Positions 38,560 to 52,672 are shown, counted from the stretch's first letter. The stretch is 64,000 bases of DNA from Octopus vulgaris (GCA_951406725.2 OX597822.1:66464001-66528000); one strand, 5' to 3'. A program made the numbers and translations. Notes: a model not told the origin generated them from the letters alone.

Positions 38560-39570
38560 GATGATCCGTATCTATTGGCCAGACACAAAACAAAAGATAC
38601 ACACTAAAACAAAATACAGTACAACACAAAGGACTTTGGGAATTTACATGTAGTGTATGTGAACAGTGATAAACAGCTTAATTAACAATTAAAAAATTTC
38701 AAGCGATAAAATACCCCAAAATGAGGGAATCTTCATCGAGAGGAAGCGAAGGCATCCCGCTCATCATGGACACTCAACTGGGCCGGGTGCCCTTCTCCTC
38801 TCTTTTCCCTCGTGCCAACAGGCGCGTGATCCGATTTGGCGCATTCACACGAGTTATATTCACCACCACCTACGTTTCAATAAAACTACTGGGAAAAAAC
38901 ATTTCTCTCTCTAACCTCTTTTTCAAGTGGAACTTGATTAAGTCGATAAGACCTTCGCCGAAGAAGAAAGAGCGTATCTTCGATACTTTCAACCTCATTC
39001 CCCACACTTCCTCTTTTACCACAGCAACGAAACAGAGGAAATCTGCCTGCCCTTCACGTCTAAAAGAAGGCGACGTGTCAATCGCATTCGGCTGATAATC
39101 GGATCGGTGCTGCATACGACAACAGCTTCTCTATTTCCTACTCTAACCCTTAATCGGATCGTTTTTCAGCGGCCCCAAAACACTTTGGCTCACAGAACTG
39201 GGAAGTCTCCACTTCTACTGCCAGTTGCGGTAGACACCTGTGAAGAGATCACCGATCAAGTCTGGATTATGACAATGAAGCTCGATGGACAAACATCTAC
39301 CCTAGAAAACTTATCCTGCGTGCAGCAACCACTGATCGCATTGCGTATATTTGCGGCTGTTGTCGACATTCCACAGAAATCTGCACCTTGTTCAAAAGCC
39401 GCAGCATACTGCCAATGTAAGAGGTAAGATCCATCTTCTGCTCCGACACAGCGCGTCCCTCGTACAGTTTGGCAAAGTGCCGCTGAAATTCTCCACATAT
39501 TTGCTTCAATTCGTATAAGAAGACATTCCAGCGCATTCAAAGCAGGAATTGTGAGTTTGTTGCTACACTG
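38560..39570 (-). mobile_element. Tx1/L1-clade LINE, internally deleted (start of RT fused to ORF2 C-terminus)
   Basis: TAANIRNAISGC..DKFSRVDVCPSSF (~I..AI......KSPG.DG.P.EFY), PDLIGDLFTGVYRNWQ; then VAVVKEEVW..RLK...LIDLIKFHLKKR (ORF2 C-terminus) and a T-rich 3' UTR. Confidence 0.7.
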
Positions 39571-40477
39571 CGACTCTACAACCAGTGTCCATCGAACGGT
39601 TTTTATTTCCTCATGTTTAGCGTTTTACTGCTAAGTTTCAGTCAAGTTGGTAGCAATAGAAATTTGAAGTCCTAAAGACTTGAAGGAAGAAATTAATTGC
39701 TTTCTGTCCAAATAGATCGGTTACTGAATAACAATGTCTTATGTGCGGGCATAATGAGCTGCAAATTCTTGCTTATCTCCGGTTATAAATGAACGTGCAA
39801 ATTCTAAAGTAGGAGCGGTTCAAATACTAATGGGTAGAAATCCACAATATGAAATTATGTCAATTTCGCTTCATTTTTATTGCGATTGGATTTGAATCAA
39901 GATATCACCAAGAAACTGTTAGACCATATCAACAAGTTTGAGACTTAATTATTCTTGTAAAAGTTTCAAAAGATTTTTGCATGCTAACAATAGTTCAGTC
40001 TTAGCCGGGTTATTTAGCCTGCCTTATGGCCTATTGCGAAAACCCGGTATATGATCTTTCAGTGAAAGATCATAAACATTCCGATACACTTGCCTTCCTC
40101 TTAGCCAGACATTTGGTTCTTTTACCTATATTAAAGCTATTTACTAGTGTGTTCGCCTCTATGTTAATAGAGTTATATGTGTTTATATCAGATTTTCCGT
40201 AACGGCTTTAGTTAACAATTTATCAGTTATATCTCTATATTCAAAAGTTCGGAGACGAAAAACAGCCATTACCGTCGCCAACATCAATATCATCATGGTT
40301 GTCGTCGTCATCATCATCATCATTATCATCATCAATTTCATCTTCTATCGTCATCATAATTAGCATATTACCATCTTCTTTATATATATATATATACGGA
40401 CATATACACACAAACGTACATAAATACATACATACATACACACATACATACATACGAAGTTATTTTAAAATCTAAAA

Positions 40478-41555
40478 TATACTCTCTTCCAAAATTCCCT
40501 TGTCCGTGATGAAAAATACTCCTCCAGTACTGTTTTGACCACGTCTGCAGAATCCATATTTTTCCTGTTCAAATTATTTTTGAAGACTGCAGAATGAGCA
40601 ATAATCTGATGGGGAAAAGTCTGGTGAATACGGTGGGTGAGGCATCGTTTCCCATTCACACTGCTCGAGCCTTTGGAATGTCATACTCGCTGCATGTGGC
40701 CAAGCATTATCTTCAGGGAAGAACACCTTTCGTCTTGAAACGAAAGATGGTCGTTTTTCTTCTAGCGCTGACTTCAGACGCTCAAGCTGCTCACGGTAGT
40801 TCTCTTTATCACTTTGTTTGGGTTTAAAAGTTCAAAGTGGACTAAACTTCTCATATCCCCCCAAACAGATACCAACACCTTACGTAGGTGAAAACTCTAT
40901 TTAGTCTGGATTTCCGATGTTTCTCCTTTTCCTACCAACTGTCTTCGGCGCTTGACATTTTTATGGAGAACCCATTTTTCGTCACCCGTCATTATTCAGT
41001 CCAAAGAAGGTTCATTCGTGAGACATGACAACAAAGAGCATACATTCAATATTTGCCCTCGATTAAACTTGGAAAGTTTGTGAGGACCCCATTGACCCAA
41101 TTTACTGACTTTTCTGATGGTATGCAGGTTTCGATGAATAGTTGAATGTACAAATCCAAGTTTCTCTGCTTGTTCCTTAACAGTTAAGATGGGATTTTGT
41201 TCCACCAGGGTTTGCAGCACATCCTCCTCGAGCTCTAAATATCTTCCTGGACTAGGCGCGTCTTCTAGACTGTTGTTTCCGGTTCGAAATTTCTAGAACC
41301 ACCGATCCCTATTAATATTCCTTAATATTAATATTCCTTGCATTTTCCGTTGCGATGTTGCCTTTATTGAACACATAAAGCAAAATAGGCCGAATATTCT
41401 CCTTTGTCACTTCCATTATAGCTTTGAAAAAGTAAAGTTGAAAATCGAACTGCATTCCTCAAAATTTGCACATAAAATATGGACAAGGTAAAATTACTAC
41501 CGGCTTTAGTACATGGAATTGAAAAAGATCGCATTATTTATGGGATGACCCAATA
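40478..41555 (-). mobile_element. Near-complete decayed mariner transposon
   Basis: TIR TTGGGTCATCCCATAAATAATGCG at the right end. LQTLVEQNP..AEKLG..STIHRNL..KLGQWGPHKL (WVPHEL motif), MTGDEKWV, a YSPD-like region and FSSRTREFWKR; many frameshifts. Confidence 0.9.
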
Positions 41556-41566
41556 TATACGTGTGC

Positions 41567-41597
<31 letters not shown>

Positions 41598-42480
41598 CAT
41601 ACATACACATATATATTTATACATACACACATATATATATATATATACACATACATGCATATATATACGCATACATGCATATATATATATATATATACAT
41701 ACTTGCATAAATACACGCACAAATATATATACATGAAAAAATGAAAAACTACAAGGAGGACTCGAACAAGAATTGAAGAATTGGATAAATAATGAGCGGT
41801 AATAATTATCTCTACTTTAATGCAGGTATTCTGTTGGAGAGGAACCCTCATATATATTTTGGTGTAAAATTCGATCGTGTTAATATTGAACCTTCTTTTA
41901 CAATTCCGCACCAAATGCTAATTCTAATATGAACGTTTCTGTTACAGTAACTACCGCAGCATAGTTCCTTCTAACACAACATCCACGTTTAAGTCAGAAT
42001 AAATATTACCTATCAATTTTAATACTGCCTTTGTCGCTGATAAATATTTATGAATTAATAACAGGTTTTCAGGATCTTACAAAGTAGTAAATCTATATAG
42101 TAAACGTTTGCATGTTTATACATAATCAGCAAAAACGATCCTTAGAATGTTAGAATGAAAAATTAAGTAGCATAAAATTCACAGATAGATCACCATTCGA
42201 TTGATGTTAAAAGAGGTTTCATTTAGAATAAATATCATCAATAATATAATTACGTAATTAAAATACATAACTAATATTACATAATATTTATTAATGAAAT
42301 GTGTTGTAATTACGCAATCATATAACTATTGATGTATATTTCAAAGGAAACAGGTGTTAAAACAATTAAATGGTGATCTATCTAGAAAGTTTATGTTGAG
42401 TGGGCCACACATTGCAGAACATATGAAGTAACTTACTCAAACATCAGCAAACCTATAAACGCATACCTGCGCGCGCGCGC

Positions 42481-42535
<55 letters not shown>

Positions 42536-42629
42536 CGTGTGTTCGTATGCAGTGTTTGCGCATCCATGTACGGATTTGTATGTGTGTATATGTATACAAG
42601 TATATTATAACGAATGGATTAATCTATGT

Positions 42630-43110
42630 TTATCGTATTTTCGCGGGAAAAATGCAGGGCTAATGAAAGGGACTGAAGAATTAAGATATACGCATAATTC
42701 ACATCCCGTGATCTGTGCATTTATTGCGAAATGTCGTCCAGTCACGTGTATTCCAATCCCAATTGGAAAGAGATACGAAAACGTCCATGTGGAATGTTTG
42801 AAGTTGGTTTACCATTGCTTGGCGATGAAGTGTCTCCTCTCGCCCCACATATTCACCCGACCTTGCCTCTTCAGATTCTCGCCTTTTTCGGTCTCTTCAA
42901 AATAAATGACTAGAAAGACCTACAACACCGAAGATGTAATAATTCACTTGGGAAAAATTCTTCCAGTAGTAAAACAGAAATTTCTTTGAATAGGGATTAT
43001 TGAATTTGCCACTGCATGGCAGAAGAACCTGCCAAGAAACTTTAATTATATCATTAATTGAATAAATTGCTTTGTTTCAAACTTCTGTTGTATTTTCGCT
43101 TAACGGCAAC
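42630..43110 (+). mobile_element. Mariner C-terminal fragment
   Basis: CCCCACATATTCACCCGACCTTGCCTCTTCAGATTCTCGCCTTTTTCGGTCTCTTCAAAAT = P.YSPDLASSDSRLFRSLQN. Confidence 0.75.
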
Positions 43111-43511
43111 TGAAAGTACGATTAGGTCAACACAATGTGTGCGTGTGAGTGTGTACTTTTGCATATATAATCTGCCGTTGTGTTTTCCAATGTACGTATG
43201 CATATGACGCACGTGAAATACTTGTGTGTTTCACAACATTAAAGTCATTGACAATGATTATGATGCTAGAGCAGTATAAGTAAGTAGTCGATCCTTCAAT
43301 TTCCTCCATGATGCTGCAACGTTATCCAAAATCTTACTTGCTGTTCTGACTGACGGTGGAACGGGAAAAAAATCCTGGATTACTTATTACTTGCTATGTC
43401 CTTTAGTACAAAATATATCTACTGATATAATCTATTCAAATACTGAAGCTACAATCACTGTGTACAGCCTGTTTTCAATCTTACGTTGCACTTATATGTA
43501 GCTTTTTTTAT

Positions 43512-44333
43512 ATCTTTATTGCCCATAGGGGGCTAAACATAGAGGAGACAAACATGGATAGACAAAGGGATTAAGTCGATAATATCGACCAGAGTGCTTA
43601 ACTGGTACTTAGCTAATCTCGCCCGAAAGGATGAAAGGCAAAGTGGACCTCGGCGGAATTTGAACTCAGAACGTAGCAGCAGACAAAATACCGCCAAGCA
43701 TTTCGCCCGACGTGCTAACGTTTCTTATTTCTTTACTGCCCACAAGGGGCTACATACATAGGACACAAACAATGACAAACAAACGGATTAAGTCGATTAT
43801 ATCGAGCTCAGTGCGTAACTGGTACTTATTCAATCGGCCCCGAAAGGATGAAAGGTAAAGTCGATCTCGGCGGAATTTGAACTCAGAACGTAACGGCAGA
43901 CGAAATTCCTATTTCTTTAGTAGCCACAAGGGGTTAAATACAGAGGGGAGAAACAAGGACAGACAAACGGATTAAGTCGATTATATCGACCCCAGTGCGA
44001 TATAAGTACCAGTGCGTAACAGGTACTTAGTTAATCTATCCCGAAAGAATGAAAGGCAAAGTCGACCTCGGCGGAATTTGAACTCAGAACGTAACGGCAG
44101 ACGAAATACTGCTAAGCATTTCGGCCGGCATGCTAACGATTTTTATTTCTTTACTGCTCACAAGGGGCTAAACACAGAGGGAGCAAACAAGGACAGATGA
44201 AGTGATTAAGCCGATTGCATTAACCCCAGTGCGTAACTGGTACTTAATTTATCGATCTCGAACGTAACGGCAGACGAAATACCACTAAGCATTTCGCCCG
44301 CGCGTGCTAACGATTCTGCCAGTTCGCTGCCCA
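43512..44333 (-). mobile_element. Tandem array of four SINE family B units
   Basis: Units of ~190-230 bp, each with AGGGG(C/T)TA..GATTAAG(T/C)CGAT..ACTGGTACTT; the first three also carry GAATTTGAACTCAGAACGTA. Only the last unit has the complete head TCTGCCAGTTCGCTGCC. Confidence 0.9.
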
Positions 44334-45139
44334 ACTTGTAGCATTGCCATGAATATGCGAAGGGATCAAGTGCTTAAATTATACCAATTATTTCCGCTGA
44401 GTAGTAAACTAAACAGCTCAGAAAGGAACTATGAGTACCCTGTGTACAGCAGTGCATGATTCTCGTAAGAATGAATCTCAAATTAAAGGTATATATGTCT
44501 GTGGCACCAAATGAAGAAAAGTGAAAGATATTCATGATTTATCTGCACTGTTAAAACTTTGATCTAAAATGAAAGTTCTCTAACGTGTACGCAAGCAAGA
44601 AATTTATCTTTTCACAGATCAACATTCAGGTCATTTTGCTAAAAATGAGTCGTAATTTGACCAAGGTATATTTTCTTACGGATTTCATCAAACTAGCTCT
44701 TATAAGCGTAATGGTTATGATAGGTGAAGAATTGTTACCGAATTCGTTATTCAACGTGCAACACCGCTAACGAATCCCTAAATGGCTGAGTGAAAATAGA
44801 ACGTGTGTCTTCATCATCAATTGACAGCCGCAGACTTTATTCAACAAATTCTAATGACTGCAAACCAAAAGACATTGATTTGGATTAGAGGCAAAAAGAT
44901 TCCTATCCAGTAGAAAATTTCAAGCTTCATTTAAACATTCCGGTCTACGAAAGCTTGCAAACAGATAGACACCGTTTTTGGATCAGAAAGCAAAACATTC
45001 TTCATCCTATAGAATCCTAAAATTTATTTCAAAATTCTGGTCAACCTACACACATGTCCAGGAAAGAAAGATGCCCAGTTATAATACTACATAATTTATA
45101 CCAGCTGTAAATGGATAATTGTTAAAACTCTCTTTTTCT

Positions 45140-45559
45140 TTTACTCTTTTTTACTTGTTTCACTCATGTAACTGCGGCCATGCTGGAGCAACCGCCTTTA
45201 GTCGAGCAAATCGACCCCAGGACTTATTCTTTGTAAGCCTAGTTCGTATTCTATCGGTTTCTTTCGTCGAACCGCTAAGTTACGGGGACGTAAACACACC
45301 AGCATCGGTTGTCAAGCAATGCTAAGTGGACAAACACATGTCGGGGGGGAGGGGGTAAACACACACACACGCACATACACATATATATACATACGACGAG
45401 CTTCTTTCCGTTTCCGTCTACCAAATCTGCTCACAAGCCTTTGGTCGATCTGAAGTTATAGTAGAAGACACTTGCCCACGGTGCTACGCAGTGGGACTGA
45501 ACCCGGAACCATGTGGTTTGTAAGTAAGCTACTTACGACACAGCCACTCCTACGCCTAT
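45140..45559 (-). mobile_element. SINE family A
   Basis: Full-length reverse match ending CAGCCACTCCTACGCCT. Confidence 0.85.
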
Positions 45560-47155
45560 GACAACGTTATCGAGATAACTATTATGATGGACCACACAAA
45601 AGTTTATGAAATTATATATTATAATAATATTCCACTCATATAAACACGTGTACTTTCGAATTAAGATTTCTGCAAGAACAAAGCTTTACCACAACAGTTA
45701 ATATATATTGATAGATTCCGAACTGCTTCTAGAGATATACGGCATTGCTACTGACCGGCTGCAATGTCCCATAATAGTTCGATTTCTACCTCCCTTATTG
45801 GGTATCGAACAGTCTGAGATGTTGACTAAACAACACACAGATTTACCTAGCTGGACCTTTTATGGTCACAGGTCTCTTATTATCATTCATTTATTATTGC
45901 ACGTATCACGGATAAACATTTGGACGTTTGGGTTATTTCTGGTTAACCCAGTTTCAATACAGCAAAATAATTGCACTTTCATTGATGGGTCACCTAACGA
46001 TGCAGAAATGGATGTGGATGCGAAGATCTCATGTCATTTATGCAAATGAACACATCTGTGAGAGTACATATATACGTGTGTGTATGGGTCCGGGTATGTT
46101 TGCAAGCATATGCATATGTGCATGATAAATAAAAATTGCGGCGAATGCATATGTGTATGAGTCCATATATGTATATATAGCTTTTTGTTATCTTTCTAGT
46201 TACACATTACAGAAAATCATCGCTTTTTTTTAGATCACTGTACAAATAACGAAATATTTCACCAAAACCGCCTTGACATAACTTCCGAAATTAATGGAGA
46301 AAGTAATATTAGACACTAATTAAAGTTTGCAATAAATTCACAATTAAACAAATATCTTAATGAATTTCTCTGTAACATATTTACCAATAAACAAATAAAT
46401 ATAATGTACATAAAGTATTAAAGAAAAAATATCAAAATAGAAATTGAAAGAAATTTATATGAAGTCTTCAAACTTCGCAAATTTTCATTAAGTGTGAAAT
46501 TTATAGCAAATTATTATATGACAATATCACACACTTGATTACGTCATATCGTGTAGTTTTTTTACTGTATGTTTAAACTTGGTTTCTGCCTATTTTCTTT
46601 TTATTCTATTTCATTTTAATTATGAATTATTTATTATTTTTTTAAGTTTATTTTCTTCTCATTATGTGTATTTGATGTTGCAATATGTGAAAATTTGGGG
46701 CGAGATTAGTTCCGCAAATCAAAGTTAATTATAAGAGAATTGTCAGGGGGGAAAAGTTAAATGCAAATAATGAATATTATGATTTATTTGATAAAAGGAA
46801 AGATTATTAGTTTCTTTTTTCTTACGTAAAAAAAGTATTCTTTTCATTATATTTTATATATTTGCGTTGGGATGCGCTTGAAGAGATGCAATTTTGCATG
46901 GAGAACATTCAACGTGTGTGTTATGATGATTTTTCAGTAGAAAAATTATCAAAATAAAGAAATCATTAAATATTTCAGAACGAAATAAGCGTAGTAAAAG
47001 CAAAAACCAGTATCAGCAGGAACAACAAAATCATTGAATAATAAGAAAAACGACTGCAACAGCATTACGAGGCTCCGGCTGGGGGAGGGGGATGATTGTT
47101 GAACCCCGCTGTACTCTTTCACCACAACTTTCTTTCACTCTTTCTTCCTACTTCT

Positions 47156-47236
47156 GCCACAAAGCAGAGGAACCATGATGTAACCCACTATGGTGTGGTA
47201 AACTTTCAGACCCTAGTCTAGATTGCGAATCCTCTG
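47156..47236 (+). ncRNA. Candidate HDV-like ribozyme (decayed)
   Basis: P1 GCCACA/UGUGGU with G1-U wobble, P2 CAGAGGA/UCCUCUG, P4 AGAC-CCUA-GUCU, J4/2 GCGAAU. P3/L3/P1.1 do not fit cleanly. Confidence 0.45.
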
Positions 47237-47279
47237 TAACCCAGGATGGTTCAGCTCTCCACCCGTTAAAAGCCACCGT

Positions 47280-47875
47280 TTACGGAATGAAGATAACAAC
47301 CCCAAAAGATTCTACCAGGAATTTGGCAAAAATAAAATAGAGATTATTGCGGCACCAACAGCAGAAAAAGTAGATGAACTCTGGAAGGAAATATGGTCAG
47401 CGAAGTAACAACCTCAGAAAAGGTCTATCAAAACAACTAACACAGCACATTAACAATTTAGGACCCCTATAGCAACTGAAGATATCAATCAAGCACCGCA
47501 AAGACTAAGCAACTGGAAGGCACTCGAGCACAACAAGACCCCCCGCCCCAAAGTTTGGTTAAAATACCTAACAGGAAGACATAAAAATCTGGGTGAGAAA
47601 TTTATTGAAATACTAGCAGAGTCAGAGACAACGTTTGAATGGCTCACATAAGGGAAAACTATCCTAATTCTCAAATCCACTGAAACGCAAACCCACAAAA
47701 TTACAGATCGATAACTTGTGTCCCTACAATTTACGAAGTCTTTACTGCCATAATATCACAGAAAATGAGCAAGCATCTGGAAGTAAACAACCTGATTCCA
47801 GAAGAGCAATAGTGATGCTGCAAGAGTTCATACGGCTGAAAAGATCAGCTACTGATCAATAAAGCCATACCTGGA
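47280..47875 (+). mobile_element. R4/Dong-clade LINE RT N-terminal fragment
   Basis: NPKRFYQEF..PTAEKVDELWKEIWS, LSNWKA, WLKYL, EWLT*GKTILI, NYRSITCVPTIY, NNLIPEEQ, KDQLLINKAI. Confidence 0.85.
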
Positions 47876-50800
47876 CACAGTAGCAAGAGTAATATTACAG
47901 CAATTCTCGATCTTCAGGAAAGACAACTTATTTTGTTCAGTTTTCGAAGAATACTGTAATTTGTCAAATGATAATATTAACAAAAATGATACGGAAATTT
48001 TCGAACAATGCCTTATAATAGTTGCATGCCCTTAACTTCAAATAAACCTTATTGTAGCAAGCCCTTGTCAAATGCATTCGCACCACAACCATCTCTTCAA
48101 TAATAAAGTATACTAGACTGAACGAAACAATATGACCTAATTTTCATATACGAATTGCAGTTCGAGGGATATTTGGCTAACATGATATTACGATAATCGA
48201 GTACAATTATACTATCTCATTGGGTCCATTCAAATTAGTTCAGTGATAGCGTTGAATGGTGTGTGATTGCCTTTTTGTCTGAACGTTATTAATATCAAAT
48301 CTGGTATATTTGGTATTTCTTTTTTCACGTGTTTCATTTCCATAATCAAAACTATGCATCTCAGTATTATTTGCTTTGAAGAACAGATAAGATATATTCA
48401 CTGAGTGATTAAAATAAAGGAATATACTGTGTCCAATGTGATGTTTAACATTCATGTCTTGACGGCAATATCTGTTGCGTGACACCATTTTGAGAGCGTC
48501 TCATAACGTTTGTAAGGCATAACGTTACTCATGACCTGGGCGAATTCTGGCCGAAACTGAGCTAAGTATTGAAGTATATATAAAATTGAATTACTGTTGA
48601 TTATCATTTGTGAGTTTAAAATCATTTTAGACAGAAACAAAGGAATATTATGCATTATTATTGTCTGATAATTAATTACGTCTATGACACACATTTCATA
48701 ATTTAAGGATACGTTTTCATAGGGAATTTCATTGAAGGAAGACAATGAAATATGCTACCACATTTAGTACTTTGTTTACGAGAGTTCTTTCTTTATGGAG
48801 TATAAAGCGTCGAAGTAAATTAGATTCATTTTCACAATAAATGAAATCTTCATGTCATTGATAGTAAGATATTTATAGCCCATCTTACAGCGTGTCAAAA
48901 TAGAAACACACTCGAGTGGAAACAGAAGGTAATTATATTTAGATGTTTTAGCTTTAGTAAAGTTGTTCTTGCCGAAACATGAATTTGTGCTAGTACCCAG
49001 TATATACAACACTGTGAAACTGTAAAATAGAAAGCAAAGGGAAAATATATAATCGCAAAATCAATTTATGTTTAATAATAATCATTTATTTATTTGATCG
49101 TGTTATCAGACTATTATCTTTGTAACAAAATAGCAGTAGACTCTGGCATTCTAAAGTCAAATCAAAGATAAGGAGCAAACTTTTTTTTTTTACTTTCCAT
49201 AGTACAGAAAATATTAAAGACATTCAAAAACCAAAAACAGAAATGAACATTACGTCAAAAATAATCTACGAAAGCGTATCACCTAACTGTTTATCAACAA
49301 TTTTCATCTCGATGATATTTGATATCGTTTATTACATTAGGAGATTGTTAACTCTGCAAAATATACATCACTAAATACTTTTAATGTTCATTTTGGGAAG
49401 TCTTATCTGGAAATCTTAATGGAAAAGTTCGCCAAAATGAATTAGCCAAACATTAAAACTTATGGATTTAAAACAACCGTACAAAGTCAAAAAAGAAGAA
49501 AGAAATATGCGGCGGGACCGAGATACTAAAATCTGCAAGAACATTAAAATGTTAGAAATTATCAACTAAATATGATGCTATATACGGGAGAAACTTTTGA
49601 CAGAATAGTTTTCATGAAAACATTAGAATCTATGGTATAGTATATCTCATACTAACAAGCGCATGCAGAAATATTGCATAGACGCACGCGTACAGGCACA
49701 AACTCTCATTCTCTCCCTCTCTCACTCTATCTGCTTATTTATCTAACTAGGTTTTTTTGTCGCTCTTTTCGCATATATATATAGACAAAACTAGAGTGGT
49801 ACTCATATTTTGTTTATAGACCAAACAAAATGTACTCAAATATGTCAAGGACTTTATAAACATAAAGTATTTGATATATTTTAGAATAACATGTTAATTC
49901 ATGCACTTTCAGATTTTAGATCATATATAGAACATAAAACCAAAGTATCAATATACAAATATCTAATATATATATATGAATACAGTCGATCTGTGTCCCA
50001 GATCAGTGGTCAGCTATAACGATCTGGTGATCAGCTTTGAAGAAACCGGTATGACTTTCTATAATGACTCATAATAATGATTTTTATACTTCTTAATTCC
50101 ACCTCAAATCATTTATTTTTATCTATATATCTTTGCTCTTATTTTTTTTAAATGCCATTACTTTTATACCTAGTGTGCAGTTTCTGTGTTTCTTTTTATC
50201 TTTTCTTCCTATAAACATATCTCACATACAAAAAACGCTTGCATATCGATCATCAGAATGTGGTTTCGACATGGCTGATGAAACTAAAATTGCCAGCTAC
50301 ATTTCCTTGAAATTATATTCTATCTGGTTTCGAAAACGAATGTTATTTATTATAATAAAATTTGTGGAGCTACATGAAAAGATTTTAAAAGAAAAGAAGA
50401 CGAGCTGATTCATGATGGAAGGTCTTTCCTTCATCAACGACGACTTGGGGCTACGCAATGACGCAAACAGAAATGCAATCACACACTGATACACTTACAT
50501 CCACACAGGCATCCCCAAGCACACATAAACACACACATGCGCTCACACACACAGAAACACATGCGCGCGCATACACGCACTTGTGCGTACACACACACTC
50601 ACACACACTTATGTACAGGGTTCAAAACTATGCCAAAAAACAACAAAAAAAGCAAATGAAAGCAACAGGCAAAGGAACAATAACAAACAGTGTATGCTAG
50701 TTTGTCGCTCAAGAAAACTGGAAGTCTTTGACGTACCTACGCTCTTCTACAGAGAAGAATGAGGAAACAAATCAGTTGGAGAGGGAGAAATGTATGTGCG

Positions 50801-51456
50801 CCTGCGCACACGTATGCCTGTGTGTACTTGTATATTCACACACACATACACACATACATACACACACACTCACACACCGACATATATGTATATATATATA
50901 TACATAAACATACAAGGAACCTCAAGGTTCATGGGCTTGGCAAATGAAATATTTTATTAAGCTTGTAGAAGAAAATGGGATCGCAAGATGGTTACTGTGT
51001 ATAGGGCGTTGTTGTAGAACGTAGGTCACATGCTGTTTTGACTTTGGTAGCGACATCAGTTCCGTTTTAAATTCCTAGGACTGTGTGCTGGGACACAGGT
51101 CGATTATTATAAATATTATTTCAGTCAATACATGACGCTTTATTACTACAATTAATTGAGATAATTAGAGAAATGCCAACCAACATTTTCCGAATGACTT
51201 GGTTGATTCTCGGCTCATGCTTTTTTTGAAACTTGTATTTACAACTTGTATTTTTGTTGCCTCGTACATCGCGGGGAAAAATTAAAAGTAACTGAAACAA
51301 CGATTGCTAGACCCTTTGAAATTTAGTAGAAATTCTCTGGGAATTTCTGATCAGCAATGCTTTCAGAAGAATGTTATTATCTAACAAATGATTAGCTAGC
51401 CGTCTCAGTGCTACCTATATGACAATACACTATGTATTTATATATACGTTATTAGT

Positions 51457-51821
51457 GGAGGCGTAATTGCCCAGTGATTAGAACAGTGGACTCGCGGATT
51501 TGATTACCAGACCGGACGTTGAGAGTGTTTACTGAGCGAAAACACCTAATGCTCCACGAGGCTCCGGCAGGGAGTGGTGGCGAACCCTGCTGTACTGTTT
51601 CACCACAACTTTCTCTCATTCTTTCTTCCTGTTTCTGTTGTACCTGTATTTCAAAGGGCCAGCCTTGTCATACCTTGTGTCATGCTGAACCGCTCCGGAA
51701 ACTACGGTAAGGGTACACATGTCTGTGGAGAGCTCAGCCACTTACACGGCAATTTCACGAGTAGAGTGCTCAGTTGATCGAATCAACTGGAACTGTCGTC
51801 GTCGTAACCGACGGAGTGCCA
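51457..51821 (+). mobile_element. SINE family C, near full length
   Basis: GGAGGCGTAATTGCCCAGTGATTAG head, GAGCGAAAACACCTAA body, tail TCGTCGTAACCGACGGAGTGCC. Confidence 0.8.
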
Positions 51822-52260
51822 TGATATACATTGATTATCTGTTTCATGTGAGTGCACATATATTCAAATATTGTTGTTCAATCAATATAAAATACCATAT
51901 GTGCCACTGAGTGTCATATGCGAAATATGAAATTTATGATATTATTAATTCCTTTGTTTCGCTGTTAGAAATGCCTATGCAATATTCCCATAAAAACGTC
52001 GAATAAATGATTTATTTCTTAGGGTCCCAAAAAACTCTGGGAAATTCTGGTTGTATAATCATAGATGTAGTGGACAGGTCAAAAGTGAGAAAGAAAACAC
52101 TAAACGTCAAATGACTGATAACCTACGAAATAACCAGATTATAATTTTAATTTATACAACCAATCATTGATGCACTTCATTATGATCACTATGGGTTTTC
52201 AAAACGTAGAATTTTAAGGGAATGGAATACACAAAAGTCGGGTACAGAAATTTCACCTGT

Positions 52261-52424
52261 AGGTAGGAGTGGCTGTGTGGTAAGTAGCTTGTTTACGAAC
52301 CACATTGTTCCGAGTTCAGTCCCACTGCGTGGCACCTTGAGTAAATGTCTTCTACGATAGCCTCGAGCCAACCAAAGCCTTGTGAGTTGATTTGGTAGAC
52401 GGAAACTGAAAGAAGCCCGTCGTA

Positions 52425-52468
<44 letters not shown>

Positions 52469-52672
52469 TGTGTGTGTATATGTTTGTGTGTCTGTGTTTG
52501 TCAACCGATGCTGGTGTGTTTACGTCACTGTAACTTAGCGGTTCGGCAAAAGAGATCCGATAGAATAAGTACTAGGCTTACAAAGAATAAATCCTGGGTC
52601 GATTTGCTCGACTAAAGGCGGTGCTCCAGCATGGCCACAGTCAAACGACCGAAACAAGTAAAGGAGAAAAAG
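52261..52672 (+). mobile_element. SINE family A
   Basis: GGAGTGGCTGTGTGGTAAG..GAGTTCAGTCCC..(TA)n..GACTAAAGGCGGTGCTCCAGCATGGCC. Confidence 0.9.

Noticed and set aside
43512-44333. CRISPR-like array
   Set aside because: Units are ~200 bp SINE copies with no unique spacers; eukaryotic context, no cas genes.
50020-50060. Hammerhead at CTGGTGA-TCA..TGA-AGAAACCGGTA
   Set aside because: Core A6 is mutated, helix II is offset and helix I is unconvincing; too degenerate to call.
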